Assembly (NCBI RefSeq): GCF_000328665.1
Contig: NC_019977.1
Location: 2,348,011-2,412,010 of the forward strand
Length of the DNA: 64,000 nucleotides
Source: Methanomethylovorans hollandica DSM 15978
Lineage (GTDB): Archaea; Halobacteriota; Methanosarcinia; Methanosarcinales; Methanosarcinaceae
Reading direction: 5' to 3'
Part shown: positions 1-9,927 of the stretch, piece by piece
How the letters are laid out: every line of letters begins with the position of its first letter
How positions within the stretch are numbered: position 1 is the stretch's first letter
Translations under genes and position numbers: made by a program
Notes under the pieces: generated by a model
What the model was told of the DNA's origin: nothing
The model's database searches: none
Seen by the model: the letters and a program-made list of their open reading frames with translations, nothing else

Positions 1-932
1 GAAGTCGTCAGGATATCCGGCTTTTCCATGCCATCCTCGCTTCTGAAATGGAAAAGTCCTGAATTGTATTTATCATCGGCATGCAGGAAAAGCTCGATCA
101 TATCTTTGTAAACATCCTTACCTTCAGCTTTTGCTTTAAGCTGACCGTATTCCTCAATACCCCTGTCCTCACAGATACGCAAGAACACGATCCTGTCAAT
201 GATCTTCTGCACTGCAAGGTTCAATTCCCGCACTGAAAGACTGGCATTTCTAAGAGCGAGGTTCTTAGCAAGTTCCTCCCTCCACCCTTCGATCTCCGCC
301 AGGAAGGCATCATCTATGCCTGTGGTGCCCTTTCCGCCTTTCTTCTGCACCAGGCTATCGGCAAGATCATCAAATTTGCCTGTAAAGACAGCCTTTTTTG
401 AATATTTCGATGCTATCTCATCCCATTTTGGGATATAATCCTTATACGTGTAGTATTCAATGCGCCCAAGAGAAGAACTGTCATTGTGTGATGGTTTTCG
501 TGTACAGTCAAAGACAATGAACTCCTCAAAGTCCGTAAGGATGCTTACAGGCAACTTTGCACTCCATGCGTAACGGCGAAGCTGATATGTGGGCTCCGGG
601 TTCTCTTTAAGATTTACCGCCGGTTTCTTTGCTTCGACAAAGAACTTCCTTACCCCACCGATCCTGAAAGAATAATCCGGTGCTTTGGTCTTGCCACCCA
701 CTTTAACAGCATCCTCATGGATGACCTCTTTATACCTCTCATCGTATGCCTGAGTATTATCCACATCCCAGCCTAGTGCCTTGAAAAACGGATCAATGAA
801 CTCTCTTCTCACTTGTGTTTCATTATACGAGTTAGACTTGTATTTGGCATTATACTGATCAAAACGTTCTACAAGTTCTATTATTTCTGGAGGGGCTGGG
901 ATATTATCAATTACTATTGGAGATACTTGCAT
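1..932 (-). CDS. Type IIG/IIL restriction-modification enzyme (Eco57I-like), N-terminal part; runs off the window start
   Basis: Manual translation from ATG at 932: MQVSPIVIDNIPAPPEIIELVERF...YNETQVRREFIDPFFKALGWDV...KAPDYSFRIGGVRKFFVEAKKP...YQLRRYAWSAKL...ILTDFEEF...DDKYNSGLFHF. This is an HsdR_N-like PD-(D/E)xK nuclease domain typical of fused R-M enzymes. Absent from the ORF track because it has no stop in the window. Confidence 0.85.
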   Translation of the reverse strand, partial: MQVSPIVIDNIPAPPEIIELVERFDQYNAKYKSNSYNETQVRREFIDPFFKALGWDVDNTQAYDERYKEVIHEDAVKVGGKTKAPDYSFRIGGVRKFFVEAKKPAVNLKENPEPTYQLRRYAWSAKLPVSILTDFEEFIVFDCTRKPSHNDSSSLGRIEYYTYKDYIPKWDEIASKYSKKAVFTGKFDDLADSLVQKKGGKGTTGIDDAFLAEIEGWREELAKNLALRNASLSVRELNLAVQKIIDRIVFLRICEDRGIEEYGQLKAKAEGKDVYKDMIELFLHADDKYNSGLFHFRSEDGMEKPDILTT

Positions 933-1311
933 TTAAATAAAGTGGAAACTGTCGCCATCATAAGTAGTTTATCCATGAAAGCTTATTTTGAAGAGAGGAG
1001 AGGAACATAGTGTGGACTAAAAGAGAGATGATCCTGAACATATTGGTTATCGTAGTAGCCGGAAAGCTAAAGCTTGGAATAAAAGCGATCCTGCTCATCA
1101 TGAACATGAAAGACACGTTGAAGCAACTCAGGTATTTGATAGATTTTGCGAAGAAATTGAAGCGATGAATGTGCCTTCCCACCCTTTTTGTAAAGATCCG
1201 CTTCAAAGTACTTTGATCGGAACCTCTTTGATCGGAAAATTGTAGTTACTTCGGTATGATTTGTGGGTGAAAACATCCATTTTTCCCTATTGTGAAAAAA
1301 AGGAGTATGGT

Positions 1312-3198
1312 TCACTCCTCAAGCGTGGAAACGTCTCCGGGATCCATGCCCAGCTCCTTGGCCCGAAGCACGCGCCTCATGATCTTACCACTGCGGGTCT
1401 TCGGTAGAGAATCCACGAACTCGATCTCTGAAGGCATAGCTATCGGACCAAGGCTCATCCTTACATGGTAGATCAGTTCCGATTTCAATTTAGCACTGGG
1501 AGAATGACCTTTTCTCAGGATGACAAAGGCTTTTATTATTTCGCCTTTCAGATAATCTGGCTTGCCGATGACAGCAGCTTCTGCCACAGCCTCATTGGAC
1601 ACAAGAGCACTTTCCAGTTCAGCGCTTCCGATGTTATGGCCTGCAACTATGAGCACATCATCAGACCGACCCAGGATCATGATATATCCATCATCGTCCT
1701 TTACTGCCAGGTCCCCTGCTGTATAGTATTTGCCTATGGTGTTCCAGTACTGGCAGTAACGCTCATCGTTGTTGTGTACAGTCCTCATCATGGAAGGCCA
1801 GGGCTCTTTGATAACGAGGAAACCCCCCTTCTCGGGAGGAACAGGATCTCCATTCTTATCCACCACGTCGGCGACTACCCCTGGCAGAGGACGGCCTACA
1901 AAACCTGGTTTCATTGGCTGTCCGGGTAGAGTGGTGATCATGTGCATACCTGTTTCTGTTTGCCACCAGGTATCCACTACAGGACAGCGCTCCTTACCTA
2001 TTACACGGTAATACCACTCAAATGCTTCCGGATTGAGAGGCTCGCCTACAGATCCCAGTATCCGAAGTGAGCTCAGATCATATTTCTGAGGCCATTCCTC
2101 ACCCATACGCATGAACATCCTGATAGCTGTGGGTGCCGTATAGAATATGGTAACATCAAAATCATCGATGATATTCCACCAGACCCCAGGGTCCGGATGA
2201 TCCGGAGTGGATTCCGTTATCAAGATAGTGCCACCTGCCAGCAGCGGACCATATATGATGTAACTGTGCCCGGTGATCCATCCAGGATCAGCCGTACACC
2301 AGAATACATCGTTATCCCTGAGATCGAACACGTTCTGGGTAGTATAGTATGCACCTACCATGTAACCTGCACACGTATGTACAATACCCTTTGCAGGACC
2401 TGTAGTACCGCTGGTATATAGAATGAACAGCGGATCTTCTGCATCCATTACCTCAGCTTCGCACTCTGATACGTCCTTAAGCACGTCATTATAGTCTACC
2501 TCAATTTCGGAATACAGCTCCATAGGTGGCTTCATCCTGCGCAGCACTACAATTTTTTCCACACTTGGAGCATTCACCACAGCCTCATCTACGATGGCTT
2601 TTAGTTCCACGCGCTTTCCGCGCCTGATAGTTGCGTCAGCAGTGACAACGATCTTTGCATTGGAATCCCTTATACGGGAATTGAGGGCTTGTGTTCCGAA
2701 TCCTGCGAACACGATGCTATGGATAGCGCCTATGCGGGCACATGCCAGAGCCACGATTATCTGTTCTGGCACCAGAGGCATATAGATACATACAGCATCA
2801 CCTTTTTTCACACCCAGAGACTTCAGCCCATTGGCAAATCGCATAACCTCGCGGTACAATTGTCGATAGGTGAGAACTTTTTCCTCTCCGTCATCTCCCA
2901 CCCATATAATAGCTACCTTGTTCTTTTTACCGTTGTGCACATGACGGTCAAGACAGTTCTGGGTGATGTTAAGCTTTGAATTTACGAACCAGCGTGCATA
3001 GGGGTGCTCCCACTCGCATACCTTATCCCACTTGCTGATCCACGTAAATTCTTCAGCTACCTTTCCCCAGTAAGCTTCCGGATCTCTCATGAACTCATTA
3101 TAGGCCAGTTCATAATCTCCCATCCTCACATTTTCCTTGAGAGATGGATCAGGCAAAAAGATTTTACCCTCCAGTTTGACATCGAATTTTTCCGTCAT
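1312..3198 (-). CDS. acs: Acetyl-CoA synthetase (AMP-forming)
   Basis: 628 aa; YTSGTTGPAKG AMP-binding loop, DTWWQTETG, PKTRSGKIMRR. Confidence 0.95.
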   Translation of the reverse strand: MTEKFDVKLEGKIFLPDPSLKENVRMGDYELAYNEFMRDPEAYWGKVAEEFTWISKWDKVCEWEHPYARWFVNSKLNITQNCLDRHVHNGKKNKVAIIWVGDDGEEKVLTYRQLYREVMRFANGLKSLGVKKGDAVCIYMPLVPEQIIVALACARIGAIHSIVFAGFGTQALNSRIRDSNAKIVVTADATIRRGKRVELKAIVDEAVVNAPSVEKIVVLRRMKPPMELYSEIEVDYNDVLKDVSECEAEVMDAEDPLFILYTSGTTGPAKGIVHTCAGYMVGAYYTTQNVFDLRDNDVFWCTADPGWITGHSYIIYGPLLAGGTILITESTPDHPDPGVWWNIIDDFDVTIFYTAPTAIRMFMRMGEEWPQKYDLSSLRILGSVGEPLNPEAFEWYYRVIGKERCPVVDTWWQTETGMHMITTLPGQPMKPGFVGRPLPGVVADVVDKNGDPVPPEKGGFLVIKEPWPSMMRTVHNNDERYCQYWNTIGKYYTAGDLAVKDDDGYIMILGRSDDVLIVAGHNIGSAELESALVSNEAVAEAAVIGKPDYLKGEIIKAFVILRKGHSPSAKLKSELIYHVRMSLGPIAMPSEIEFVDSLPKTRSGKIMRRVLRAKELGMDPGDVSTLEE

Positions 3199-3486
3199 GA
3201 ATTCACCTGGTTCAATGTGTCTAATCTATTCATTGCAACCGCAAGCATGGATACCATGCCATTTTGTACTAAACTCCATATATATCTGACATGATGTGAA
3301 GTTTTGAGGACAAGCTGGCAGGAAGAGCGTGCCCCGCATCTATAACAATTAATCATGAATAAACTAAAGAATAGTATAAATCTGTTGTGGTTGTGTAAAA
3401 ATAGATCAACTGATATAATAAAACTAAGTAATAGAAAGAAGTTAAAAAAATGGAGAAAATTGTATCCTAACTGGATTCTGAAAAGA

Positions 3487-3837
3487 TCAGGAAGACAGGG
3501 CCAGGATAGCTTCTGCGAGGTCGCCATTAGCCTTTTCTAATGCCTTCCTTGCCTCTGATTCAGAAACCCCTGTCTGCTCGGCTACAAGCCTTACATCATC
3601 ATCCGGGATCTCCAGCTTGCGTGGTACTTTTTCCGGTGTGCCCACAACCTGATAGGTATCAGCTCCCTGGGCATTCATAACTGTAACATTAGCATCATTG
3701 AAAACTATGTCTACTTCAGGAGTTCTGATAATCACCTGCTCTACATCGGAGATCTCATCGATACTAATTCCCATCTGCTTCATCATCTGTTTCATTTTGG
3801 CAGGGTTCATCCCCCTACCGCCTACTCCCGGAAACAT
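3487..3837 (-). CDS. nac: Nascent polypeptide-associated complex protein
   Basis: [18 protein letters not shown] domain plus C-terminal UBA-like [13 protein letters not shown]...[13 protein letters not shown]. Confidence 0.93.
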   Translation of the reverse strand: MFPGVGGRGMNPAKMKQMMKQMGISIDEISDVEQVIIRTPEVDIVFNDANVTVMNAQGADTYQVVGTPEKVPRKLEIPDDDVRLVAEQTGVSESEARKALEKANGDLAEAILALSS

Positions 3838-3875
3838 GTGACCACCTCAATAAACCTAATCAGAACAAAAAGAGA

Positions 3876-4199
3876 TTATTGGCATCCGCCGCCACAAGGG
3901 CCACAGCCGCCAGATGTCTTTGGATTATCAATTATGAAACCGTTACCATTTGGACCATCAACGAAATCTATAGTTGCACCAGACAGGCCCTCTTCATCGT
4001 TCTTGTTCAGAACTATTTTGATACCCTGACTGTCTACAGTAATATCATCCTCGCCAAATTCATTGTCAAGAGACATACCATATTGTACACCGCAACAGCT
4101 CATGCCTGCAACGAACACTCTCAAAGCATGATCTGTCTTGTTCTCGGATTCAAGTAGTGACTTGATCTCGGATGCTGCTTTTTCTGTTATATCTACCAT
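3876..4199 (-). CDS. HesB/IscA family Fe-S cluster assembly accessory protein
   Basis: VDITEKAA...LRVFVAGMSCCGVQYGMSLD...GFIIDNP...GCGPCGGGC; ATG at 4199 preferred over the track start at 4208. Confidence 0.88.
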   Translation of the reverse strand: MVDITEKAASEIKSLLESENKTDHALRVFVAGMSCCGVQYGMSLDNEFGEDDITVDSQGIKIVLNKNDEEGLSGATIDFVDGPNGNGFIIDNPKTSGGCGPCGGGCQ

Positions 4200-4312
4200 G
4201 CATATCACTCTTCATTATTCTAATTGCTATCAGTATCTACGGACTAAACAGTTATACCTTTATATGTAGTTTTGGTATAAAAACTTATTCGTACGATTAC
4301 GAACATGTATGA

Positions 4313-5389
4313 TTACATAAACTCCACATCATCATCTACCGGATGAGTTAGCACTTCACCAGTATGCGCATTCAATTCTACGGAATTGCGTGGGCCTTTG
4401 ACCTCCCATATAGGCACATAGACAAGATCTATTTGCAAACTGATATCTTCGACAGCAGGTTTGAACCTTTTATGCTCAGATATAATAGCTTCACCTTTGG
4501 TATCATCAAAACGAAGGTCTTTTGTATGCTCATCTATAAGCATATTGAGAATTGAATCTTTGGCCAGAGTATGAGTCATTACCTGGGTCTTGAGCTCATA
4601 TTCATCATCAGGAAGTTCCAGTACATCACTCACTTCACTAACCGCAATGTTACTGATGTTTCCGTTCAATGCATTGAGATATCCTACGCCCTCACCAGAA
4701 ATATCGATGATCTTAGATTTATATGTTTTTTCTACATTAAGAGAATAAGAATATCTCCAGAAAGGAACGAGTTTAAGAGCAACAGCCTGCACAGTTTGCA
4801 CATGAGGCTTACCCACTACAGCTGCACGGTCCCTGGTAAGTTTAAGAGGAGCGGCCTGAAGTTCCAGATGTACAGGATCAGCAGCGTGTTCAATTTGAGC
4901 CATGGAAGATGGAAATATTTCTGTACGATAAGAAGGAGTGACACTTTCCCTGGCTGACATAGCCGTACCCCTGAAAACGTCAGACAACGGACGGGTTTCA
5001 GAGGTTCCACTTAAACAAGAATTAACATTAGAGTATGTCGAAGGTACCCTCACAAGCTCAAGCCCACTTGCAGTTCCTTCAATATCTGCAAGCACAGCCC
5101 TGCCAATGTGCATAGCTACTTCATCTCTTTCCCATATTATAAGCCCAAGGTCTTCCCCATAGAGTTTGACATCCGGATGTACATCCGTGGTGGAAACATA
5201 AAGGCCGACACCTTCCAGCACCTGGCCAGCAAATAATTTAAGATCAGACATATCCGGATCTGAGCCAAATTTGATCACAGTTTTATAACCGTCTTTCTCA
5301 GCAGCGAGATCATATATGGATGACTCATTAACTTTGTAACCCGCTGATCTGAAAACGTCCCTCAAGATACGCAAAAGCTCTTGCTTCAT
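4313..5389 (-). CDS. Hypothetical protein with an Mrr/restriction-endonuclease-like N-terminal fold
   Basis: 358-aa ORF co-oriented downstream of a RAD55-like gene; N-terminus LRDVFRSAGYKV...DLAAEKDG resembles Mrr_cat-type domains; function unknown. Confidence 0.6.
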   Translation of the reverse strand: MKQELLRILRDVFRSAGYKVNESSIYDLAAEKDGYKTVIKFGSDPDMSDLKLFAGQVLEGVGLYVSTTDVHPDVKLYGEDLGLIIWERDEVAMHIGRAVLADIEGTASGLELVRVPSTYSNVNSCLSGTSETRPLSDVFRGTAMSARESVTPSYRTEIFPSSMAQIEHAADPVHLELQAAPLKLTRDRAAVVGKPHVQTVQAVALKLVPFWRYSYSLNVEKTYKSKIIDISGEGVGYLNALNGNISNIAVSEVSDVLELPDDEYELKTQVMTHTLAKDSILNMLIDEHTKDLRFDDTKGEAIISEHKRFKPAVEDISLQIDLVYVPIWEVKGPRNSVELNAHTGEVLTHPVDDDVEFM

Positions 5390-5447
5390 AATTTATCACG
5401 GGAATAAGGACAGATGAACTGAAATATGTTTCTATAGGCACTACATA

Positions 5448-6212
5448 TTACAGTACCCTTGTTGTCGTTTCAAGTTCCACACCTTTATTGGTGATAACAT
5501 AAGAAATTGTCCTGTTGGGTACGATCATGCCTTTCATTTTTCTAAGGAGGATAGAGTGCTCTACCTCACTTCCACGCTCCTTCATCCTGAACTCTATTAC
5601 ACCATCGCATATGTGCTTCATGTTGTTCTCAACGATAGATTCATGCATACCACTGGTCATTAAAAGAAGATGAACAGCACCGGTTGCCTTACCCATAGAT
5701 GATATGATCTCAATGACATTCAAAACATTATTAAGCTCATAAGAACGCAGGAAATAAGATATAGAATCAACTACACCCCTGTATTTCGTAGTACGGGCCT
5801 CGGTAGCTGTACCCTTGAGCAGGTTGAGTGAATCGGTCCCCCTTTTGAGAAAATCCTTTGCCGATACACCAGAGACCAGCTGTTTTGGGAGGACGTTGTA
5901 AAAACGAGGAGAATAAGCATCAATGAAATCAAATTTACCCTTTTCCAGATGTTTTCTGACATCCCAGTTGAAATAATCCATACCTGAAAGTACTTCAGAT
6001 ATCGGATGCTCAGATGAAAAATAGAAGACATCCTCATGATTTAAGAGTCCTCCATATGCAAACTGATGAGCAAAGACCTCCATGCCTGCCCCGGGTTCTG
6101 CAAGGAGTAAAATGGTTGTCCCTGGGGGAACACCACCACCTAACTGTACATCAAGGCCTACTACACCAGTGGGAACGCGATACCCTCCGGAACCATCAAA
6201 GCTGTAATCCAT
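5448..6212 (-). CDS. KaiC/RAD55 (RecA-superfamily) ATPase-like protein with degenerate Walker A
   Basis: RVPTGVVGLDVQLGGGVPPGTTILLLAEPGAGME, VVDSIS, ICDGVIEF, LRKMKG. Confidence 0.88.
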   Translation of the reverse strand: MDYSFDGSGGYRVPTGVVGLDVQLGGGVPPGTTILLLAEPGAGMEVFAHQFAYGGLLNHEDVFYFSSEHPISEVLSGMDYFNWDVRKHLEKGKFDFIDAYSPRFYNVLPKQLVSGVSAKDFLKRGTDSLNLLKGTATEARTTKYRGVVDSISYFLRSYELNNVLNVIEIISSMGKATGAVHLLLMTSGMHESIVENNMKHICDGVIEFRMKERGSEVEHSILLRKMKGMIVPNRTISYVITNKGVELETTTRVL

Positions 6213-6307
6213 TAACTTTCACCAATGAGCGATAGATGCAAATATATTAGTGCAAACTGAGATATTATTTGAATATACAAAGTATAGTGATGTATTAATA
6301 TAAAAAT

Positions 6308-6682
6308 ATGGTGGAAAAAATGCTCGACCTAAATAACCTGAAATATGAGAATGACCTAGTCCAGGCGATTGCACAGGATGCTGAAACTAAAGAAGTACTC
6401 ATGTGTGCTTATATGAATAAAGAAGCTCTACAAAAGACTATTGAAACCGGATATGCACACTACTGGAGCCGCAGCCGTCAGAAACTGTGGAAGAAAGGAG
6501 AAAGCTCAAACCACCTGCAAAAAGTATTGGAAATACGCATTGATTGTGACATGGATGCTATCCTGATGTTTATAGTACAAGAGGGAGGAGCATGCCACAC
6601 AGGATATAGATCATGTTTCTACCGTACAATAGAAGGTGAAGTAGTAGGAGAAAAAGTGTTTGAACCTGATGAAGTGTACTAG
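6308..6682 (+). CDS. hisI: Phosphoribosyl-AMP cyclohydrolase
   Basis: [32 protein letters not shown]. Confidence 0.96.
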   Translation: MVEKMLDLNNLKYENDLVQAIAQDAETKEVLMCAYMNKEALQKTIETGYAHYWSRSRQKLWKKGESSNHLQKVLEIRIDCDMDAILMFIVQEGGACHTGYRSCFYRTIEGEVVGEKVFEPDEVY

Positions 6683-6728
6683 CCGGCCTGCAATTGAATT
6701 ATATAGAGAAGATAAGTAATATAGTCGT

Positions 6729-8585
6729 ATGAAGAGAGAGGGTCAAAGCATAACCCGTATTGCCAGTGATACGAGTGCTATAATTGATGGTGCTATATCT
6801 TCACGGATAAAGAGTGGCGATTATGCAGGAGTCCAGGTAATAATTTCTGAAGCGGTGGTTGCTGAGCTTGAAGCTCAGGCTAACCGTGGCCTTGAAATTG
6901 GTTTTAAAGGATTGGAAGAGCTGCAAGAATTGCGCAGACTTGCGACTCAGGGAATTATAGAACTCGTTTTTGCCGGCAGGCGGCCAAATCTGGATGAAGT
7001 GAAACTTGCTGGCGGCGGGGAGATAGATGCACTAATTAGAGAAGCAGCTCAGGAAAATAATGCTTTGTTCGTGACTGCTGACAGAGTACAGTCACAAGTT
7101 GCAATAGCAAAGGGATTAGAAGTTGATTTTATTGCTCCCCACTTTATTGAGCATCGTCCTCTTAAAATAGAACAGTTCTTCACAGAAGATACGATGTCAG
7201 TACACCTAAAAAATGGTGTCAGCCCAATGGCTAAGAGAGGAAGCATAGCTGCAGTGGAATTTGTAAAGATAAGGGAAGAAACATGCACTTATGGAGAACT
7301 TAAATTCATTTCAAGGGAACTCATTGAGCGGGTGCGCAGTGATCCTGCCTCCTTCATGGAACTGGATTTCAATGGGGCATCGGTGCTTCAGATAGGCAAC
7401 ATGCGCATAGCTATTGCCAATCCGCCATTCTCGGATGAGATAGAGATCACGGCTGTTAGGCCAGTGGCAAAAGTATCTCTTGACCAATACCGCCTGAGTA
7501 CAGTACTTAAGGAGCGTATAAAAGAACAGCGCGGAATTCTTATAGCCGGACCTCCGGGTGCTGGGAAGTCCACATTTGCTGCAGGTGTAGCCATATACCT
7601 GCATGAGATGGGGTACGTGGTAAAGACCATGGAAGCTCCGCGGGATCTGCAGGTACCCAAAGAGATCACACAATATGCTCCTCTGGATGGTAGCATGGAA
7701 AAAACGGCGGACATCCTCCTGCTGGTCAGACCTGACTATACAATATATGATGAGGTAAGAAAGACCAATGATTTCCATGTCTTTGCAGACATGCGGTTGG
7801 CGGGCGTGGGCATGATAGGTGTCGTACATGCCAACAGAGCCGTGGACGCAATACAAAGACTTATTGGGCGGGTGGAGCTGGGAGTCATACCCCAGGTAGT
7901 GGACACAGTGATCTTTGTCAACAAAGGCGAGATATCTAAAGTGCAGATACTGGAATTCACTGTGAAGGTCCCATCTGGAATGACAGAGGCTGACCTGGCA
8001 AGGCCTGTGATCATAGTAACTGATCTGGAAAGTGGCAGAACCGAGTATGAGATCTACACCTATGGAGACCAGGTAGTAGTGATGCCTGTTGGCCTTGAAG
8101 TTAAGAGACCTTCCTGGAAGCTCGCAGAAGGAGAAGTGAAAGAAGTAATAGAACGATATGCTACCGGACCTGTTCAGGTAGAAATGATCTCAGACCATAA
8201 AGCCTTCGTACATGTACTTGAAAATGACATGCCCAGAGTCATTGGAAAAGGTGGGAATGTTATCGATAATATCGAAAAAATACTAGGCATCCACATAGAC
8301 GTGCGCAAGTTCGAATCTGGAGAGGTGAAAGAAAAAACATATCAGAAAGAAAAAACTCTTCAAAAGGAGTTCCGTCCCATCATCGAGAAAACAAAAAAGC
8401 ATCTAATATTGAACATCTCTGGACTTGCGGCCCATGATGTCGAAGTCTACGCAGGAGATGAGTTCCTATTCAGTGCTACAGTAGGTCGTCATGGAGATAT
8501 AAAAGTAAGAGAGGATTCAGCAGTTGCAGACAGTATCCTTTCAGCAATAGAGGACGGAGAACTGGTCACAGTCAGGCCACTATAA
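6729..8585 (+). CDS. PIN-domain / VirB11-like ATPase with KH domain (PINA family)
   Basis: N-terminal PIN (DTSAIIDG...VAELE), Walker A GPPGAGKST, RPDYTIYDEVRK, KH motif VIGKGG. Confidence 0.9.
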   Translation: MKREGQSITRIASDTSAIIDGAISSRIKSGDYAGVQVIISEAVVAELEAQANRGLEIGFKGLEELQELRRLATQGIIELVFAGRRPNLDEVKLAGGGEIDALIREAAQENNALFVTADRVQSQVAIAKGLEVDFIAPHFIEHRPLKIEQFFTEDTMSVHLKNGVSPMAKRGSIAAVEFVKIREETCTYGELKFISRELIERVRSDPASFMELDFNGASVLQIGNMRIAIANPPFSDEIEITAVRPVAKVSLDQYRLSTVLKERIKEQRGILIAGPPGAGKSTFAAGVAIYLHEMGYVVKTMEAPRDLQVPKEITQYAPLDGSMEKTADILLLVRPDYTIYDEVRKTNDFHVFADMRLAGVGMIGVVHANRAVDAIQRLIGRVELGVIPQVVDTVIFVNKGEISKVQILEFTVKVPSGMTEADLARPVIIVTDLESGRTEYEIYTYGDQVVVMPVGLEVKRPSWKLAEGEVKEVIERYATGPVQVEMISDHKAFVHVLENDMPRVIGKGGNVIDNIEKILGIHIDVRKFESGEVKEKTYQKEKTLQKEFRPIIEKTKKHLILNISGLAAHDVEVYAGDEFLFSATVGRHGDIKVREDSAVADSILSAIEDGELVTVRPL

Positions 8586-8592
8586 TAATTTT

Positions 8593-8621
8593 TTAAGAGG
8601 GGCCTACTTATGGCCTCTTAA
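8593..8621. terminator. Hairpin between convergent genes (putative bidirectional terminator)
   Basis: TTAAGAGG(8593-8600) pairs with CCTCTTAA(8614-8621); AT-rich flanks. Confidence 0.45.
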
Positions 8622-8645
8622 CTAGATTATTTTTGCCAGAAAGTA

Positions 8646-8905
8646 CTATCTAATAAGATAATAAACGATAACAAAAATTAGAGTTGCAATAGCTACCAAA
8701 AACTTATTCAAGCTTTGTTCATGCCTTTCTCCTTCTGCGGCAGGATCATTATTGGTTTTTGCAAAGCCTACGCCGAGAACTAAACCAAGAACGATACCAA
8801 TGACAATGTTGTCCAGCATATCCCCTATGACCATACCTATAAGCAGACCTATTAAATAGAGAACGTTCTTTGCAACGTTACCATACTTTTTTGTCGCACC
8901 ATCAT
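8646..8905 (-). pseudogene. Small membrane protein (glycine-zipper-like helices) with an apparent frameshift near the start
   Basis: The hydrophobic ORF KKYGNVAKNVLYLIGLLIGMVIGDMLDNIVIGIVLGLVLGVGF...FLVAIATLIFVIVYYLIR* has no in-frame start before its first helix. GGGG-ATG-ATG-GTG-CGA-C(A6) at 8909-8887 is one base out of frame. Confidence 0.5.
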
Positions 8906-9030
8906 CCCCAGTGTTTTTACAGAATATTAGATAGAATTTGATTTGATGGCATAAAAACAGATTGATGATGATAAACAACAAGGATTTCTTTTCGATGAAT
9001 TTAAAAGTAAAAGCCGCGTATAGGTGCTCG

Positions 9031-9927
9031 ATGGCAGTCACTTTTAGAGAGAAGCTCCAATCACATAGATTCATTGTCACCACAGAGGTCACACCTCCAA
9101 AAGGTGTTGAAACTTCGTATTTCCTATCAGACGCAGAACAATTAAAGCAGTATGTGGATGCTTTCAACGTGACAGATAATCAAAAAGCTGTCATGCGCAT
9201 GAGTCCTCTGGCCGTTGGGAAGTTGTTAAAGGATGCAGGGCATGAGACCATCTTACAGATTACGTGCAGGGACCGCAATAGACTGGCCCTGCAATCTGAT
9301 CTGCTTGGGGCCTGGGCTTTGGGAATACGGAACATATGTGTTATGACAGGGGACCATACCACCAAAGGTGATCACCCTGATACAAAACCAGTATATGACC
9401 TTGATTCAGTGCAACTACTGGACACAATTAGAAAACTGAAACTGGGATATGATCTTTCTGGGAACAGCTTGGAAAGATCTCCTGATTTTGTAGTGGGGGC
9501 CGTCTCAAATACAGATCCCACACAACCCATGCAGCATATCAAACTTCGAAAGAAGGTGAGTATGGGTGTGGATTTTATTCAGACCCAGGCAGTGTACGAT
9601 ACCAAAGAATTTGCATGTTTTCTGGAAAAGGTAAAGGACATCGATGTGCCTATAATAGCCGGTATCATACCTCTCAGATCTGCAAAGATGGCAAGGTTCA
9701 TGAACGAAAACATTCCGGGAATAAGGGTGCCAGATGAACTCATCACCAGAATGGAATATGCCAAAGAACCTGTACAGGAAGGACTCGAGATAGCTGTGCA
9801 GTCGATCCGTGAACTCAAAAACATGTGCAGAGGCATACATTTGATGCCTGTGGGACAACATACCCATAGCAAAGAAATATTAAAGATGGCAGGATTGGCA
9901 GAAGGAAGAACACAAAATGAGCAATAG
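9031..9927 (+). CDS. metF: Methylenetetrahydrofolate reductase family protein
   Basis: TEVTPPKG, AFNVTDN, QITCRDRNRLALQSDLLGA, MTGDH, FIQTQAVYD; ATG at 9031 follows an AGGTG RBS. Confidence 0.9.
   Translation: MAVTFREKLQSHRFIVTTEVTPPKGVETSYFLSDAEQLKQYVDAFNVTDNQKAVMRMSPLAVGKLLKDAGHETILQITCRDRNRLALQSDLLGAWALGIRNICVMTGDHTTKGDHPDTKPVYDLDSVQLLDTIRKLKLGYDLSGNSLERSPDFVVGAVSNTDPTQPMQHIKLRKKVSMGVDFIQTQAVYDTKEFACFLEKVKDIDVPIIAGIIPLRSAKMARFMNENIPGIRVPDELITRMEYAKEPVQEGLEIAVQSIRELKNMCRGIHLMPVGQHTHSKEILKMAGLAEGRTQNEQ

Noticed and set aside
6680..6697. Pyrrolysine readthrough extensions at other TAG-ending genes (hisI, dnaG, GlcF-like)
   Set aside because: The frames close within 1-13 codons and add nothing recognisable.
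6308..8585. hisI next to a PIN-domain ATPase as a toxin-antitoxin or defence module
   Set aside because: The PIN-ATPase-KH protein is the conserved archaeal PINA family, a housekeeping gene, and no antitoxin is present.
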